A program made the position numbers and the translations under genes. From Dimargaris cristalligena (taxonomy: Eukaryota), in contig ML002343.1 in assembly GCA_003614675.1 (NCBI GenBank), forward strand, positions 1-40,010: a stretch of DNA of 40,010 nucleotides, written 5' to 3'. Shown here piece after piece: positions 22,120-34,461 of this stretch (position 1 is its first letter; every line of letters begins with the position of its first letter). The notes under the pieces are model-generated. The model worked only from the letters and a program-made list of their open reading frames with translations. It had not been told where the DNA came from and ran no database searches.

Positions 22120-24151
22120 TTAAATGCCTACTGAACGCTTATTCTCGGGGGCACGGGCCAGGTCCTCCCGCTGACTTTCAGTGATCAGGCGGTTCACGGC
22201 GGCCAGGTAAGCCTTGGCACTAGACTGGAGAATATCGGTATCGGTACCCAGACCCTGGTACACGGGCTTCGAGCCAAGGACGAAGTTATCGGCCGTTTCC
22301 TTCTCAGGCGACTGCTGCGGACCCTCGTCATCACTACCCCCGTTGACTCCCGGCATGGGGGCCTGGCTGATGCGCACCACTACTTTGCCCAGGGCATCCA
22401 GCTCACCACTGACTGCCTTGAGCTCGAACAGCTCCAGCTTGCAGTTGATTTTGATGGCCCGCTGGATGGCGCTGAAGATGGCCTCAATGGGACCAGTGGT
22501 GGAGGTGGCGGCCGCCGTCAGGGTTTCGCCCGACTGGGTGTGCTTGATGACCACTGTGGCAGTAGACGGAGTAGCGGGGCTGGAATTGGTCATCACTTGC
22601 ATGTTCTCCAATTCCAAGTAGGTATGGGTCGAAGCGGCCACGTTCATTTGGTCGGACACTAGGGCGATAATGTCGGAGTCGGTGATCTGCTGCTTCTGGT
22701 CGGCCAAACGCTTGAACTCGTCAAACGCCGACTGGAGCAGGTCCTGGTCAATGTCGGTGTAACCCAGGTCGGTCAGGCGGCTGCGGAAGGCGTTACGACC
22801 GCTGTGCTTGCCCAGAACCAGGTTGTTGGTAACGACACCCACATCCTCGGGGCGGATAATTTCGTAGGTCTCCTTGTTCTTGAGCACACCGTCCTGGTGA
22901 ATACCCGACTCGTGCAGGAACGCGTTCTTGCCCACGATGGCCTTGTTGGGCTGTACGGGCATACCACTAAGGTCGGCCACCATCTGGGATACCCGGGCGA
23001 AGTGCACGGTGTTGATGGTGTGGTGCACGGGGTACGTGTTGGGGTGGGTATGGATGTTCATGACGACTTCCTCCAGGGCGGTATTACCGGCCCGTTCGCC
23101 GATGCCGTTGATGGTGACTTCCACCTGACGGGCCCCGTTGGTGATACCGGCCAGGGTGTTGGCGGTGGCCAGACCCAGGTCGTTGTGGCAGTGGGTGGAC
23201 CAAATGGCCTTTTCGCTACCGGCGGTGTTGTCGATCAAATACTTAATGCGGGCGCCGTACTCGCTGGGGGTGTTGTAGCCTACAGTGTCGGGAATGTTCA
23301 AGGTAGTGGCGCCGGCTTCAATGACCGCGGCCAGAACCTCGCACAGGAAATCGGGATCGGACCGACCGGCATCCTCCGGACTGAACTCGATGTCTTCGCA
23401 CAGCGACCGACCCAGACGCACAAACTCGATGGCGCGGGCCACACACTGCTCACGGGAAATCTTCAGCTTGAACTTGAGATGGATATCGGATGTGGCCAGG
23501 AAAATGTGAATCCGCTTCAGAGGCGCATCTTTGACGGCGTCGTAGGCGGTACGGATATCCTTTTCGACGGCCCGGGCGAGACCAGCGATAACCATAGGCT
23601 TGCCGATCTTGTCGCGGCCCTCCATGAGGGGACCCACCTCGCGAGCGATCCGCTGGACGGCGTTGAAATCACCGGGCGAGGCTACTGGGAAACCGGCTTC
23701 GAGCACATCCACCCCCAGGCGGGACAGGGCCCGGGCCAGTTGAATCTTGTCGTCGGCATTCAGAGTGACACCAGGGGACTACACATATTGAGTATAGGGC
23801 ACAGGGAGTTCAGAATCCGAGATGAGAGGGAGGGTGGAGATATGGGTAGACGAAATGTATGCGAAGGAGGGGAGAGGGAGTTAGTGACTGGGAAAACGAA
23901 GGAAAGAAGGTTTGCTGAGCCAATAGCTATGTAAAAAGAGGGATAGCTGGGCCCTCTTTCAGTAATCAAGCAGTCACACAGCCTCTCACATCCCACGGGC
24001 AGGGGCCGGAGTAATGTGTAGAGGTTACTCAAGCACTAATGGAGGGGTGGTGTATTCTGTATTTTGTGAAACCTACCTGTTCGCCGTCGCGGAGGGTGGT
24101 ATCGAAGATGATTAGCTTATCTTTGCTAGACTGGTTCTGTACTGAGGCCAT
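22120..24151 (-). CDS. leuA: 2-isopropylmalate synthase (exons 24151-24077, 23778-22120; ~577 aa)
   Basis: Splicing gives MASVQNQSSKDKLIIFDTTLRDGEQ|SPGVTL. Motifs LEAGFP, FSPEDAGRS, IPDTVGY, HCHNDLG, GIGERAGN, HESGIHQDG and LGKHSGR, plus a C-terminal regulatory domain (GPIEA, SAKAYLAAVN). Confidence 0.96.
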
Positions 24152-25860
24152 GGTGGAGATAAATAAGGACTGCTTAGATATGGGGGAAGCGAGAGAGAGA
24201 GAATATGCAGTTGGGCAAAAATCGACAAGAACAGTATGTACTCGGGCGAGAGTATCGAACAGGGGAATATAATGGAAAGAAGGCGCAGGGTTGGAGCCAA
24301 ACTGGCGGTGATAACCTCAGGTTATATATATTATGTGCGACGGTGCAAAAAAATGCGAGAAAGAGAGACAGAGAGAGAAGGAAAGGGGAGGTTTAGTGGG
24401 TCACGTATGCCTTTCATTATTCACCGAAGGGATTCGCCTAGTCTTTATATTTGGTTATGGGACGATGGGGGAAGGAGGCTGGTGCGATAGTGAACACATA
24501 GAGAGACACGCGCATACGCATATACACATATGGTCTGTCCCCCTCCCTACTAAGACATGGCATATGTATAGTATGGTAGAAGCTAATAGATCAGGTTTAG
24601 CCTGTAAAGGGAGAAGGGGAAGAAACCCGCCCACCAGTCACGGTCAGCCAGGGTCCACCAATACCAGCGTTTCTGATGGGTAATAGTGACTAATTTACGC
24701 TGGGCCAATCAAATGCCTTTGTTAAAAGCAAGGGCTCTGGCTAGAAAGGGTTATATAGAGATAGAGAGAGAGTGTGTGTGGGGGGGAGCATGATAACTTT
24801 TACCAGGCAGACCATTTAAGTGGTTGGATGGACAAAGTTGCCAGTAGACTATTAATACGCACACCCCCATTACAGCCTCTTTCGCATTTACTGGCCCTTT
24901 TCCCCTCCCTAGATTAGAAACCACTCCATATATCAACCCCCTCGTACGCTTCGCGAGGTCTGTGGTACGCACGAGTTGGTGAGGGGGGGGGGAAGCGAGA
25001 GAAGAGACATAGTACGGCATGGCTAATCGGTTTAAAGCATGGTACTTGCAATACTAAAACGACACACCACACCTGTTTCTGCATGTAAAGCAAACCCTCC
25101 ATCCATTGAAGACAATAGCCCCCGGTAGTAATTAAATGGCTTAAATGAGTTCAACTTGCCAATTGGGGAAAAACGTTGGTGGGTATCTCGCAAATTACCA
25201 CACGCCCGCCGGAGTTTATTTAACAGTATTAAATAATTAATTTTGATAGGTGATCATACCCAAAAATCAAATCAACTAAGATGGATACTTTATTCTGAGA
25301 TATCTATATATTACAGTTGAAAAATAAATAAAAAAAGAACACGGGAAACGAACGGAGGGGGGGAGGGGAGGGAGGTGGGTTTACTGAGATACTAACGGGA
25401 TATAAGTCAGGGGAGGGGGGAAGGCAATGATAAAACTGAGATACAGGATTGTAAACTAGGCTGGTTTACATAATAGGGTGAAAGAAAGGAAGGGGGAATA
25501 TACGAATGGATTATTCGCCAATTAGATATGCTAACATAGGGTGTGGGGGATAAATCTGTAATATATGTGGTATACGATAGGAGCTGGAATGATACAGCGA
25601 AATAGAGGAGGAGAGAAAGGTAAAAATAGAATATTCATAGTAAACACATGGTGACCAATGTCGAGGGATGCAAAGGAAATAGATTGGATTAGAAAGAGCT
25701 AACCGGGACCGGCCGAAGTGCAAAAGAGAGAGTCAGCCAAATTTAACGTAAATGATAGGGGGGTGTGTGGGATGGGGTAAATGTGTACGAGGGAAAGGGG
25801 GGAGGAGGATTACTAATGAAAAGTGACAATATTTATAAGTGGGGGTAATAAATGATGTGG

Positions 25861-25892
<32 letters not shown>
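25861..25892. repeat. (ATT)n microsatellite
   Basis: About 10 ATT units. Confidence 0.9.
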
Positions 25893-25893
<1 letters not shown>

Positions 25894-25970
25894 GTTAATA
25901 ATGTTATTATTAGATAGAGGGAGGCTATATAGGCCCCATGAGACCAGACACTCCCCCTCAGAGACCTATT

Positions 25971-28487
25971 TTAACCATGTTTGTGCAGATACATGGTGTA
26001 GCCGAACCCATTACGATCCTTTTCGGAGACCAGAGGAGGGTGGGAGTTGAGGAAGAGCTCTTCGCCACGGGACAACAGACAACCCCAGCACCAATTCCAA
26101 CGCCGGAGCATTTCCAGGTCCTTGAGACACATGCTGGTACTCGCTTCGTACACGGGTAGTACCACCGCCAACCCAAACGGGGAAATGGGGTCTTTGGTGC
26201 CGTGGACCAGGATCAGTTGGGCCATGTGCACAATCTGCTGAAGCAGGTAGAACCGCCAGGGGGACAGGGCCAATAAGCCCCGGATCAGGGTAATTTCAGC
26301 GGGCGAGGGCGTCCACTCGAACGATGGCGACCCCACCACCAGACCAGGGGTCGACCGCATATCCACCGGGAGTTCGGGTAAAAGCTGCATCAGGGCGATC
26401 ATGACCGAGTCGGGGATAAGACCATCGGGCAGCTGCTGGATGCAGTGTTTGATGTGGGAGGCCACCAGAGTGAGGTTGGTCCGCACCGGACTCTTGAGGT
26501 TAGGCAGGGAAATGCTGCTGAAGCTGGCGCTAGTAATACCGCCGATGCCTCCGCCTAGTCCACTGCCGCCAGGGGTGCGGGGGGAGAGAGGCGAGCGGGG
26601 GGTCTGGCCCAGGAAGGGGGAGGAGGCGAGCGCCGCGGGCTTCCAGGGGTCTTCGTCCGTACTCGGGGGTACCCGGGTGTACTCAGACCCTTCCGTGAAA
26701 TGGCTGTCATTGGTGCACCGCGAGGAGGGTCGGGGCCGAGGGACCGGTGAAGCGGGAGCCGCCGCATAATCGACGGTGCGGCAGTAAGCGGCGTATAAAT
26801 CGGGGTATTCGCGGGGGCGGCTAGGGGAGGAGACCAGTGCATTGGTGGACTTGGCCGGCACCGGGCAGGAATTACGGTTGGGGGTCAAACGAATCATCAT
26901 CGGGTCGTCAAAGGTCGTCGTGGACGAGTTCCGATGGGGTGGTGGCGGTAGCATGAGCACTTGGGATTGCCGGTCCGTCTCCGTCGATAGTCGTTCAAAG
27001 TACTCCTCGAACCCGAGTTCATTCATGAGACGCAGTTTGCGGTGGTCGGCACTCTCGCGGAACCAGTGGCTGGACAATTGAAGCATATAGTCGGGCACAT
27101 CACTAGACAGCAGGTAGTCAAAGGAGACCTGCAGTTCCTCAAACAGGGACAGTGGGGGCGGGGTCTGAAGCATGCGGGGCAGGGTGTGGACCACGGGGAA
27201 GACTGCGGCGGGAGTGAGCGTGTGGGGTAACGAAGGGCGAGTCAGCAGTTCCACCATGTTCATGAGGATGATTTCGGTGCCCACTAGGAGGGACGGATCC
27301 ACGGTTTTGGACTTGGGGGTGACCAGTAAGGCGGCGTTGGGACCGTTGGGGGGATCGGGGTCCGTCAGCATGGCGGTAAACACCGTGGGCACGGGGGTGG
27401 GATAGAGAAACGAGAGGTGGCTTTGGCGAGGTGGCCGGGGGGCCATCCGCCGTTTGGTATAGGACGCCGACCGGGCATGAGAGGAAACGGACCCGCGCCG
27501 GAGGGTCGCTTTGCCCTCCTCGAGTACGGCCCCCCCGGTTGAGGTCAGATTGGCCGAGTCCTGCAGGGTCACGACGGATAATTTGGTCGGGAGGTGCTGC
27601 TGGATTTGGGCCATGAAACTCACGCCCAATTCCAATGCATATAGGGAGTCTTCGTTCTGGCTGGAGTATTCGGAAAGGGTCGGCAGGGCGGCAATCTGCA
27701 CTAGTGGACCAGCCATCAGGGCATTGGGCATGTGAAGCTTGACGGCGGCGAACCCGTAGATGATGCAGTACTGACGCAGAAACCACCGGGCATCCTGTTT
27801 GGGGTAGCGGGCGTCCGACCGCCCGATACCGCAGAAGCTGCGGCGACTTTTATTGGCGGCGTTGGTCGCGGTCGGGGAGGTATCGGACGCCTGGGCGGCG
27901 GCAATAATGGCCAGCCAGCATTCCTGGACGACCCGGGACAGATAGGCCTTGGGGGTCAGGCGTTCGCCGGTCAGGTTACCCCCGTAGGGCTTCCGCACAT
28001 TGTCCTTGAACTTGTCCCGGGCGGTCTGCAGCGGAATAAAGTCGGCCACGTCGCGGGTCCGGATACCCCAGGTCATGGTCTCGGCTTTTTCCAGTTTGAG
28101 GCACGCGAGTTCGTCGGCGAAGATAACGGTGATAAGCTTCAGCACGTAAAAAGGGGCATAGTCGGTCAAATAGGTGGCGGCGGTGGCCTTCTTGTCGGCG
28201 GCCATTTGACACTTGGTATCGGCCACCAGGTCCTGCACGTGCTTTAGCTTTTCGTGGTTGAGCCGCCGGGAGCGGGAACTATGTTTAGGTTTGACGAAGA
28301 CGCCCTGGACCACCCGCACGATGCGCTCCAGCCGCGAGCGCTGGCAAATAGATGAGACGGAACTGCGGTTTAGGTCGTAGGTACGGACGGATGACACGGA
28401 CGAGCCGGGGCGACTAGTTACACAAGAGGTATATTGGCGGTGCATTTTAGCCTTACGGTGGGGCGAGCGGTACTTGGCACCGATCAT
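25971..28487 (-). CDS. Hypothetical protein, 838 aa, with degenerate RhoGAP-like C-terminal segment
   Basis: Long GC-rich ORF with S/P-rich disordered linkers. VASHIKHCIQQLPDGLIP resembles RhoGAP VASxLKxFLRELPEPLIP, followed by LLQQIVHMAQLIL and GLAVVLP. Confidence 0.75.
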   Translation of the reverse strand: MIGAKYRSPHRKAKMHRQYTSCVTSRPGSSVSSVRTYDLNRSSVSSICQRSRLERIVRVVQGVFVKPKHSSRSRRLNHEKLKHVQDLVADTKCQMAADKKATAATYLTDYAPFYVLKLITVIFADELACLKLEKAETMTWGIRTRDVADFIPLQTARDKFKDNVRKPYGGNLTGERLTPKAYLSRVVQECWLAIIAAAQASDTSPTATNAANKSRRSFCGIGRSDARYPKQDARWFLRQYCIIYGFAAVKLHMPNALMAGPLVQIAALPTLSEYSSQNEDSLYALELGVSFMAQIQQHLPTKLSVVTLQDSANLTSTGGAVLEEGKATLRRGSVSSHARSASYTKRRMAPRPPRQSHLSFLYPTPVPTVFTAMLTDPDPPNGPNAALLVTPKSKTVDPSLLVGTEIILMNMVELLTRPSLPHTLTPAAVFPVVHTLPRMLQTPPPLSLFEELQVSFDYLLSSDVPDYMLQLSSHWFRESADHRKLRLMNELGFEEYFERLSTETDRQSQVLMLPPPPHRNSSTTTFDDPMMIRLTPNRNSCPVPAKSTNALVSSPSRPREYPDLYAAYCRTVDYAAAPASPVPRPRPSSRCTNDSHFTEGSEYTRVPPSTDEDPWKPAALASSPFLGQTPRSPLSPRTPGGSGLGGGIGGITSASFSSISLPNLKSPVRTNLTLVASHIKHCIQQLPDGLIPDSVMIALMQLLPELPVDMRSTPGLVVGSPSFEWTPSPAEITLIRGLLALSPWRFYLLQQIVHMAQLILVHGTKDPISPFGLAVVLPVYEASTSMCLKDLEMLRRWNWCWGCLLSRGEELFLNSHPPLVSEKDRNGFGYTMYLHKHG

Positions 28488-29898
28488 AGGATGAGCCGAC
28501 TAGACAAGTAAAAAGAAATAGAAAAGAAACCACGACAGGGGTTGAAGTGGAGGCGGGGTGGGAGGCGAATTGGGACTGGCTACTAAAGGAGGTCACCTAT
28601 GGCTAAACGCGAGAAAAGACCCTAAAGAGGAGATGGGGTAAAGGGGAGGTTAAAGTTATAACAGCAGCAGAGGGAGAGAGTGGCTGGCGGTGGGTGGACT
28701 GAGAACTGCCAAGTGTATAAGGCAGGCACGCAGAGAAAGAGAGAGAAGGAAGGAGGAGACACAGGAAAGAACCGCCAAGTGAAGTGAAGTGAGGTAAGAG
28801 AGAGAGAATGGGAAAGAGAGGAAAGGAAGAGTCACTATCAATAATAGATACCACCGCTCAGTCAATGTATGCGGAAGCGACGGGGCCAGTACAACACGTC
28901 GATAAGGAGAGCAAGGGGTAGAGAGAACGCCAAGGGCAAATGACGACGACGAACAGGAAGGTCGTAAAGGAAGAGTCGGGCCACAAGGTCTACTTGGGGC
29001 AGGCTATCACGAGTATGTCACGGACGAAGTATCGATAATCAAAGGATAACGGTGAGGGATTATAATGATAGGGATGGCTCTAGCAATAGTAATAGGAATA
29101 GAGATATTATAATAATAATAATAATAATAACAACAACGGGAGGAAAGAAGGGAAAGGTCGCCGGGGCCTTAAGCAAGTCTAATAAACGACCACTAGACTA
29201 TTATAGCAGGCGTCTATCAAACGAGGAACGTAATAACAACAGAACGAAGCGCAAATCAAACAAACTAATAACAAGCGAGGAGGTCCACAATAGGAGGAAG
29301 AAATAGAGAGAGAAATAGAGCGCGGAGTCTGAAAAGTCCAAGGGTAAATAAACAAGGGATGGAATGCGCCCCTGTGGTTGGCTGGATTGGCCTACCACGT
29401 CGCGGGATGCTTCTGTTTTGGGAAAACGCGTGTTTGGCTGAGATTAGCGCGCGCCAGTCGAGTTGATTGGCCAAGTTGTAGAAATTTAGATGCACGAGTA
29501 GTTTAGGGTAATATTCGCCTATGGCTTAACTGGGCTGTCGGGGAGAGTCCCAAAGGAAATAGTACAGTCCAGATTTATAGGGATAGAGGAGGAGTCATCC
29601 AGTTAAAACTACGAATGACCAAAAAAAAACAACAACTACACAATACACCACAGTGGATAGCTGCCACGGCCGAGGGTCCCGCACCAGTCGCTTCACGGCC
29701 CACGTATTCAAACTGTAAATAAAGAGGGGTAGTTAGGTTTAGCCAACCCCGAGTTACACAGGCACTACACGTCCCGTAAGGACCAAATGTAAACAAGCCC
29801 ACCCTCCACTTTATTCAAATACCACCAAAAACTTACCTATTGAATGACAGTTGATGATGACTCTACTACACCTGCCGAGAGATGGATAATAGAACCGA

Positions 29899-29903
<5 letters not shown>

Positions 29904-29931
<28 letters not shown>
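29904..29931. repeat. (TA)n microsatellite
   Basis: Pure TA run. Confidence 0.9.
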
Positions 29932-29935
<4 letters not shown>

Positions 29936-31099
29936 GAACACGATCAGTGGAGCGTATGCGGGAGGAACGGTTATAGCCGAAGAAAGGTTATGTACAAACA
30001 CTTGAGACGACGGAAGAGGAAGCGAAAGTGGGGATGCCAATGCGAGGATGACGAGAGATGCTGGTTGATTGAAGAGCAATAATGCAAAGGTGAGCTATAG
30101 AACGACAAGCCGGGACCGGGAGTGGCGTACGTTCCCTGTGGTTATATAATCCCAAACCCCTTCAAGAAAAAGAGCCGTGGCGGTAGACTAGCACAGTGAT
30201 AGTGACAGGAGTGCCCCACGACAAATACGGGGACTGGTAAGAAGGAATCCACCGAGTCGGGAAGGAGAGAAGAGTTAGAGATCGGTGTGGCAAGTGTGGT
30301 AGTGAACTCGCAAGCAGGGGAGAGAGAGTAACTGGAGGAGGGCATGCGGGGCGGGGTATACTGTTTATACTCCCCCGCGTTTCATCTCCCGGTGACCGAA
30401 AGTATCATCCGTTGCGCGGGGAAGTGCGCTACGTCTAGTGTAAATGCCATTTTATCAGAACCACCACTGTACGCGGAAGTGTAGCCGGTAAGCGGAATGG
30501 GGGTGGTGGTAATGTGGGGAGTACCTGAGTGGCAAGTGATTGATTGTCCTAACAGTCGTAAACAAAAATAAATACAGCCCTGAACATCGTTCACTACTCC
30601 AGCCGCCCTCAGGTCTAACACTATTATCCCGGACTATTCACTTTGCCTACGCATTTCCCGAAACCGCTGACTCAAAGGTGCCGTTTAATCCCTTCGTCAC
30701 TCCTACCGACATGGGCAATACCTCCCCTCTCCCGTTCTCTACCAACTCCGTCCGGATCGGGTAATAAAAATGCAAAACGGAGGCCTGATGATTCGGACTA
30801 CAAAGCAGAGATCGTAAGGGATCGGAATAATAATAACAACATAATCAAATAAACCGTAATAAAAATATTAAACAGCTCGTCCTTTCTTTGACCAAACGCT
30901 CGTTCGAATGGTGGAGAACTAGACAATCACAATACCACCATGTAACGCGGGGCGGATCGGATGGTCACCCCGCTATACTAGCCCCAACGCCTCCTCCTCC
31001 TATTTTTCTAGACCAAAGCATATTGGTAAATAAGGTAAGGAGATCAAAGTCCAGATCAACCCATTACGCATCGCAAAGGAGAGCTTCCATGCCTTGGGG

Positions 31100-31100
<1 letters not shown>

Positions 31101-31156
<56 letters not shown>
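31101..31156. repeat. (AG)n microsatellite
   Basis: Nearly pure AG run of ~55 bp. Confidence 0.95.
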
Positions 31157-31158
<2 letters not shown>

Positions 31159-31868
31159 CGTAATAGGTAGATTTAGGGGACTTTTAGGGGGTGCTGTAGT
31201 TTGTCACCTACTCTACCACACTCCCTAGTCGTATTTGGCTAGTCTTACGCCAAATCTCATATCCCCCCCCCTATTTCCCCCTTTCTCCTTTGCCCTCCTC
31301 CTTCTACATCCCCTGCTATCCAGGTGCATCGATTGGGAGAGAGGGATGCCACGGAGTTCATTTTGGTTAGCACCCTGGCTCTAGTTCGCTCTCCTTAATT
31401 ACCCCGCATCCTCCCTCCCACATTCCGACTGCCGCGACTCGGTGGGGTTGTTTACACTTTGGAAGCGTTTCGGCGGGGTTCTCCGGGAGGTCGTCAACAA
31501 AACCCTCTCACTATCCATCTGACAGCCCCGCTAGATTCCGGCATGAGCATGATTCGTTTTTATTCCACCCCTACCTTTTCATTCATCTATCGCTTTCCAC
31601 CTGCCGCAATCCTCGCGTTTACATAAGTATATATTTATTTATTTCGCAGCGTGTCAATGTTCCGTCGGTCCCCACAGTCCCAAGTGGCCTGTCTCCGCCT
31701 CACTGGCCAACTTGGCAGAACAAGTGGTTTGGCACCACTGCGAAGATACACTGGTGCACCTTATCCTCTACTCCCCCTCTCTCTCGCATCCTAGGCCGGT
31801 GATCCCGTCACTACACAGGGTGAATACGAGTGAGTGAGAAGCGGGAAAGTGATGGGCTATATCGGTTG

Positions 31869-31904
31869 CCACATCCACATCCACATCCACATCCACATCC
31901 GCAT
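31869..31904. repeat. (CCACAT)n hexamer repeat
   Basis: Five CCACAT units plus one CCGCAT. Confidence 0.85.
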
Positions 31905-32735
31905 CCTCATACCCCCGTTCTTCACACTTACCCTCAGACCCACCGGATCCCTTTCATTGTAATACCACTACTTGATTTGGTAAGATATATTTCGTTGTAC
32001 TTCAGGGATTTGCCCTACAACAGTGCCAGCAATGTTGGTGAATTGCTTCAAATCGAATCAGTGAGTGCAAGATAAATGTGCTTCATTTTCTGATATGTGC
32101 TAAATCATTCTAGTAGATAAAAGCACACTGTTTAGCCTATTGGTAGTAGTGACTCGGATCATTTCGCGTCGTTAAATTAAACTTCCATACACCACCGAGT
32201 CGGTTAAAGTTCAGGAGTGTTCAAAATTTTATTTGGAATGTAAAAAAATTACGACGCGTAGCTTGAATGTATTGGAATAACAATATATATATATATATAT
32301 AAAGGATTGCGAATAGACATTAGTATTAAAACGGAGCGTCCAAGTGTATGTGTTTAATATATAGTAGGGCTGTAGTGAAAGTAGTATGGGTAACAGCCCG
32401 ATATTAAGAAGGTTGGTGTACTTGCGGGCAAACCCGGTTTAATTTTAGAAACTCCAGACATATTCAGAATGTGGATGATACTTTGGCAAGTGCTGAATAA
32501 TGTTGCTCTAACCACCCGACCCGCGATGTCTGATGAAAATCCCCCCGTGTTAGGTGGTGGAAAACTACTGGGATTGGAGACTCGACTCAACTTGACTTGG
32601 TCTCTTCCCCCCCACCCCGCATGTCAAGCAGCTAATGGAGTCGAAGGGCCTCTGGCCGGATTGACTTCACCACCGCTCGCTTTGCTCCTTTAACGTTACT
32701 AGTTCGTTTCTCCTTACTTTCGCCCACTCTTCACC

Positions 32736-33888
32736 ATGCGCTCGTTTGTATCCACCGGTCGCAAGATCGTCGCCATTGGGCGTAACTTCAGGTAACTTAC
32801 CGCAGCCAAGAAAGCCCGCTTCTTGCCCTCATTCCCCACCCCCAACCCCCCTCATCCGTCCTACTTTTTAACGGACGCATAGAGTCTACTCCCCAAATAT
32901 ACCTCATTCGGACAGTAGGCACTGTCCGATAAACTTAGCCCATCCACCCTCTCTCTATATACTTACATCTCCCCCCCCCATTCCGCCCTAAAGGGATCAT
33001 GCCCTTGAGTTAGGTAACCAGGTCCCGAAGGCCCCCTTCTTCTTCCTCAAGCCCACTTCATCCTATGTGACCCCACCCCAGCCCATCGAAGTTCCCCAGG
33101 GCTGCACCGTACACCATGAAGGTAGGCCATGTAACTCGCGCGTTATGGAGCCTGTAACCTAGTTCGATACTGGCGTATTACAGTGACAACCCCTGTAGGT
33201 CAAGGTCAAGGCGTCACTCCGTACAGTCACCACCTATTACCTGCTACTTACTATTCTCCCCCTCAATCCTCTAGTAAATATTATAGCTAGTTTGCCCCCC
33301 CTCTTCTCTCCACTCACTTGATCATCTTATTACTATTATTACCCCCATCGGAATTGCGCAGTGGAACTCGGTGTCGTCATTGGTCAAACCGGCCGCGATA
33401 TTGCCGAGGCGGACGCCATGAAACACGTCGCCGGCTATGCACTCGCCCTCGACCTCACCGCACGTAATATGCAGGACGACGTCAAGCACCGGGGACTCCC
33501 CTGGAGTGCCGCCAAGGGGTTTGACACGTTCACGCCCATCGGTGAGTTTATCCCCCGCGATCGGGTAACTGACCCCCACCAAGTGAGACTCTGGTGTGAA
33601 GTGGATGGAGTGGCTAAACAAGACGGAACGACAGCGGATATGCTGTTTCGCATTCCGCAGCTGGTTGCCCACGTGAGCAGTATCATGACGTTGGAGGCGG
33701 GGGATGTGGTGCTGACGGGCACGCCCAAGGGGGTCGGGCCGATTGAACCCGGTCAGTCCATTACCGTAGGAATGGGTAATCTGGTCGCCCCAGCGGGCGG
33801 CGAAAAAGCCGCTTACGAGGAACTTAGTCGCCTGACCTTCCCCGTGGTGGCCCGCCAGGGCGGGTTTCATTTTAAACCCAGTGCCTAA
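32736..33888 (+). CDS. FAHD1: Fumarylacetoacetate hydrolase family protein (FAHD1/FMP41-like), exons 32736-32791, 32994-33121, 33362-33888; ~236 aa
   Basis: The spliced product reads MRSFVSTGRKIVAIGRNFRDHALELGN..PFFFLKPTSSY..HHEVELGVVIG..ALDLTARN..WSAAKGFDTF..GDVVLTGTPKGVG. Both introns are GT-AG and keep the frame. Confidence 0.93.
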
Positions 33889-34461
33889 ATTTTACCGCCG
33901 CAATCTAATACCTTTCCGCAGAGTGTAGGTAAATCTTCCAGCTACACTAAGGGTAAGGTCTGACTGTTGTTGGGTCAGTCAGGTTGGTTGACAATACCAA
34001 CATTCATCCCCAATATGCCAATCCGATGGATGGTGACTCGTGAAGGGCGGTATCCTTCTCTTGACCCATGGCCGGGTTTAATAAAATTTAATCCCCGAGT
34101 AAGGATTTATCTAAATAAAGCCCATCATTCCAATATATGCGTACAAAAATAGGTATTTCGATGACTGTATACCCCTTACCAAAATAGCGTTACGCTTATA
34201 ACGGCTTGTGTAATAGTGTCGTTCACACCGATTCAGTATCCTCGCGCGCCCGGGAACTGGACATGTTATTCAAATACTTCCTACATCGGTACATAGGTAT
34301 ATAACTTTATAGCCTAGCGGCCATGTTGGGCCGGGCCTCACAGCATTATGGGTTAGGAGGTCGGGTGATTTATTAAGTAATGCCAGCAGCTCTGCCCATA
34401 AATAAATAAACATCAATCATTTTTAACTGGGACCTTCTTTCTATTCTAAACACTGGCCGGA

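Noticed and set aside
22804-23934. 376-aa + strand ORF
   Set aside because: Antisense shadow of leuA caused by strong codon bias; no recognisable motifs.
24152-24330. Leucine-rich leader ORF upstream of leuA (attenuator-like)
   Set aside because: The listed ORF (24112-24300) starts at TTG, there is no AUG uORF, and the Leu richness comes from a CT-rich UTR. Bacterial attenuation does not apply here.
27139-28247. Overlapping 215-aa and 171-aa ORFs inside the 838-aa gene
   Set aside because: Alternative-frame or antisense ORFs expected in high-GC coding DNA.
30888-32075. ORFs with (ER)n and (HP)n tracts
   Set aside because: Translations of microsatellites.
33125-33185. tRNA-like T-arm (CTAG-TTCGATA-CTGG) in FAHD1 intron 2
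   Set aside because: No acceptor, D or anticodon stems could be built.
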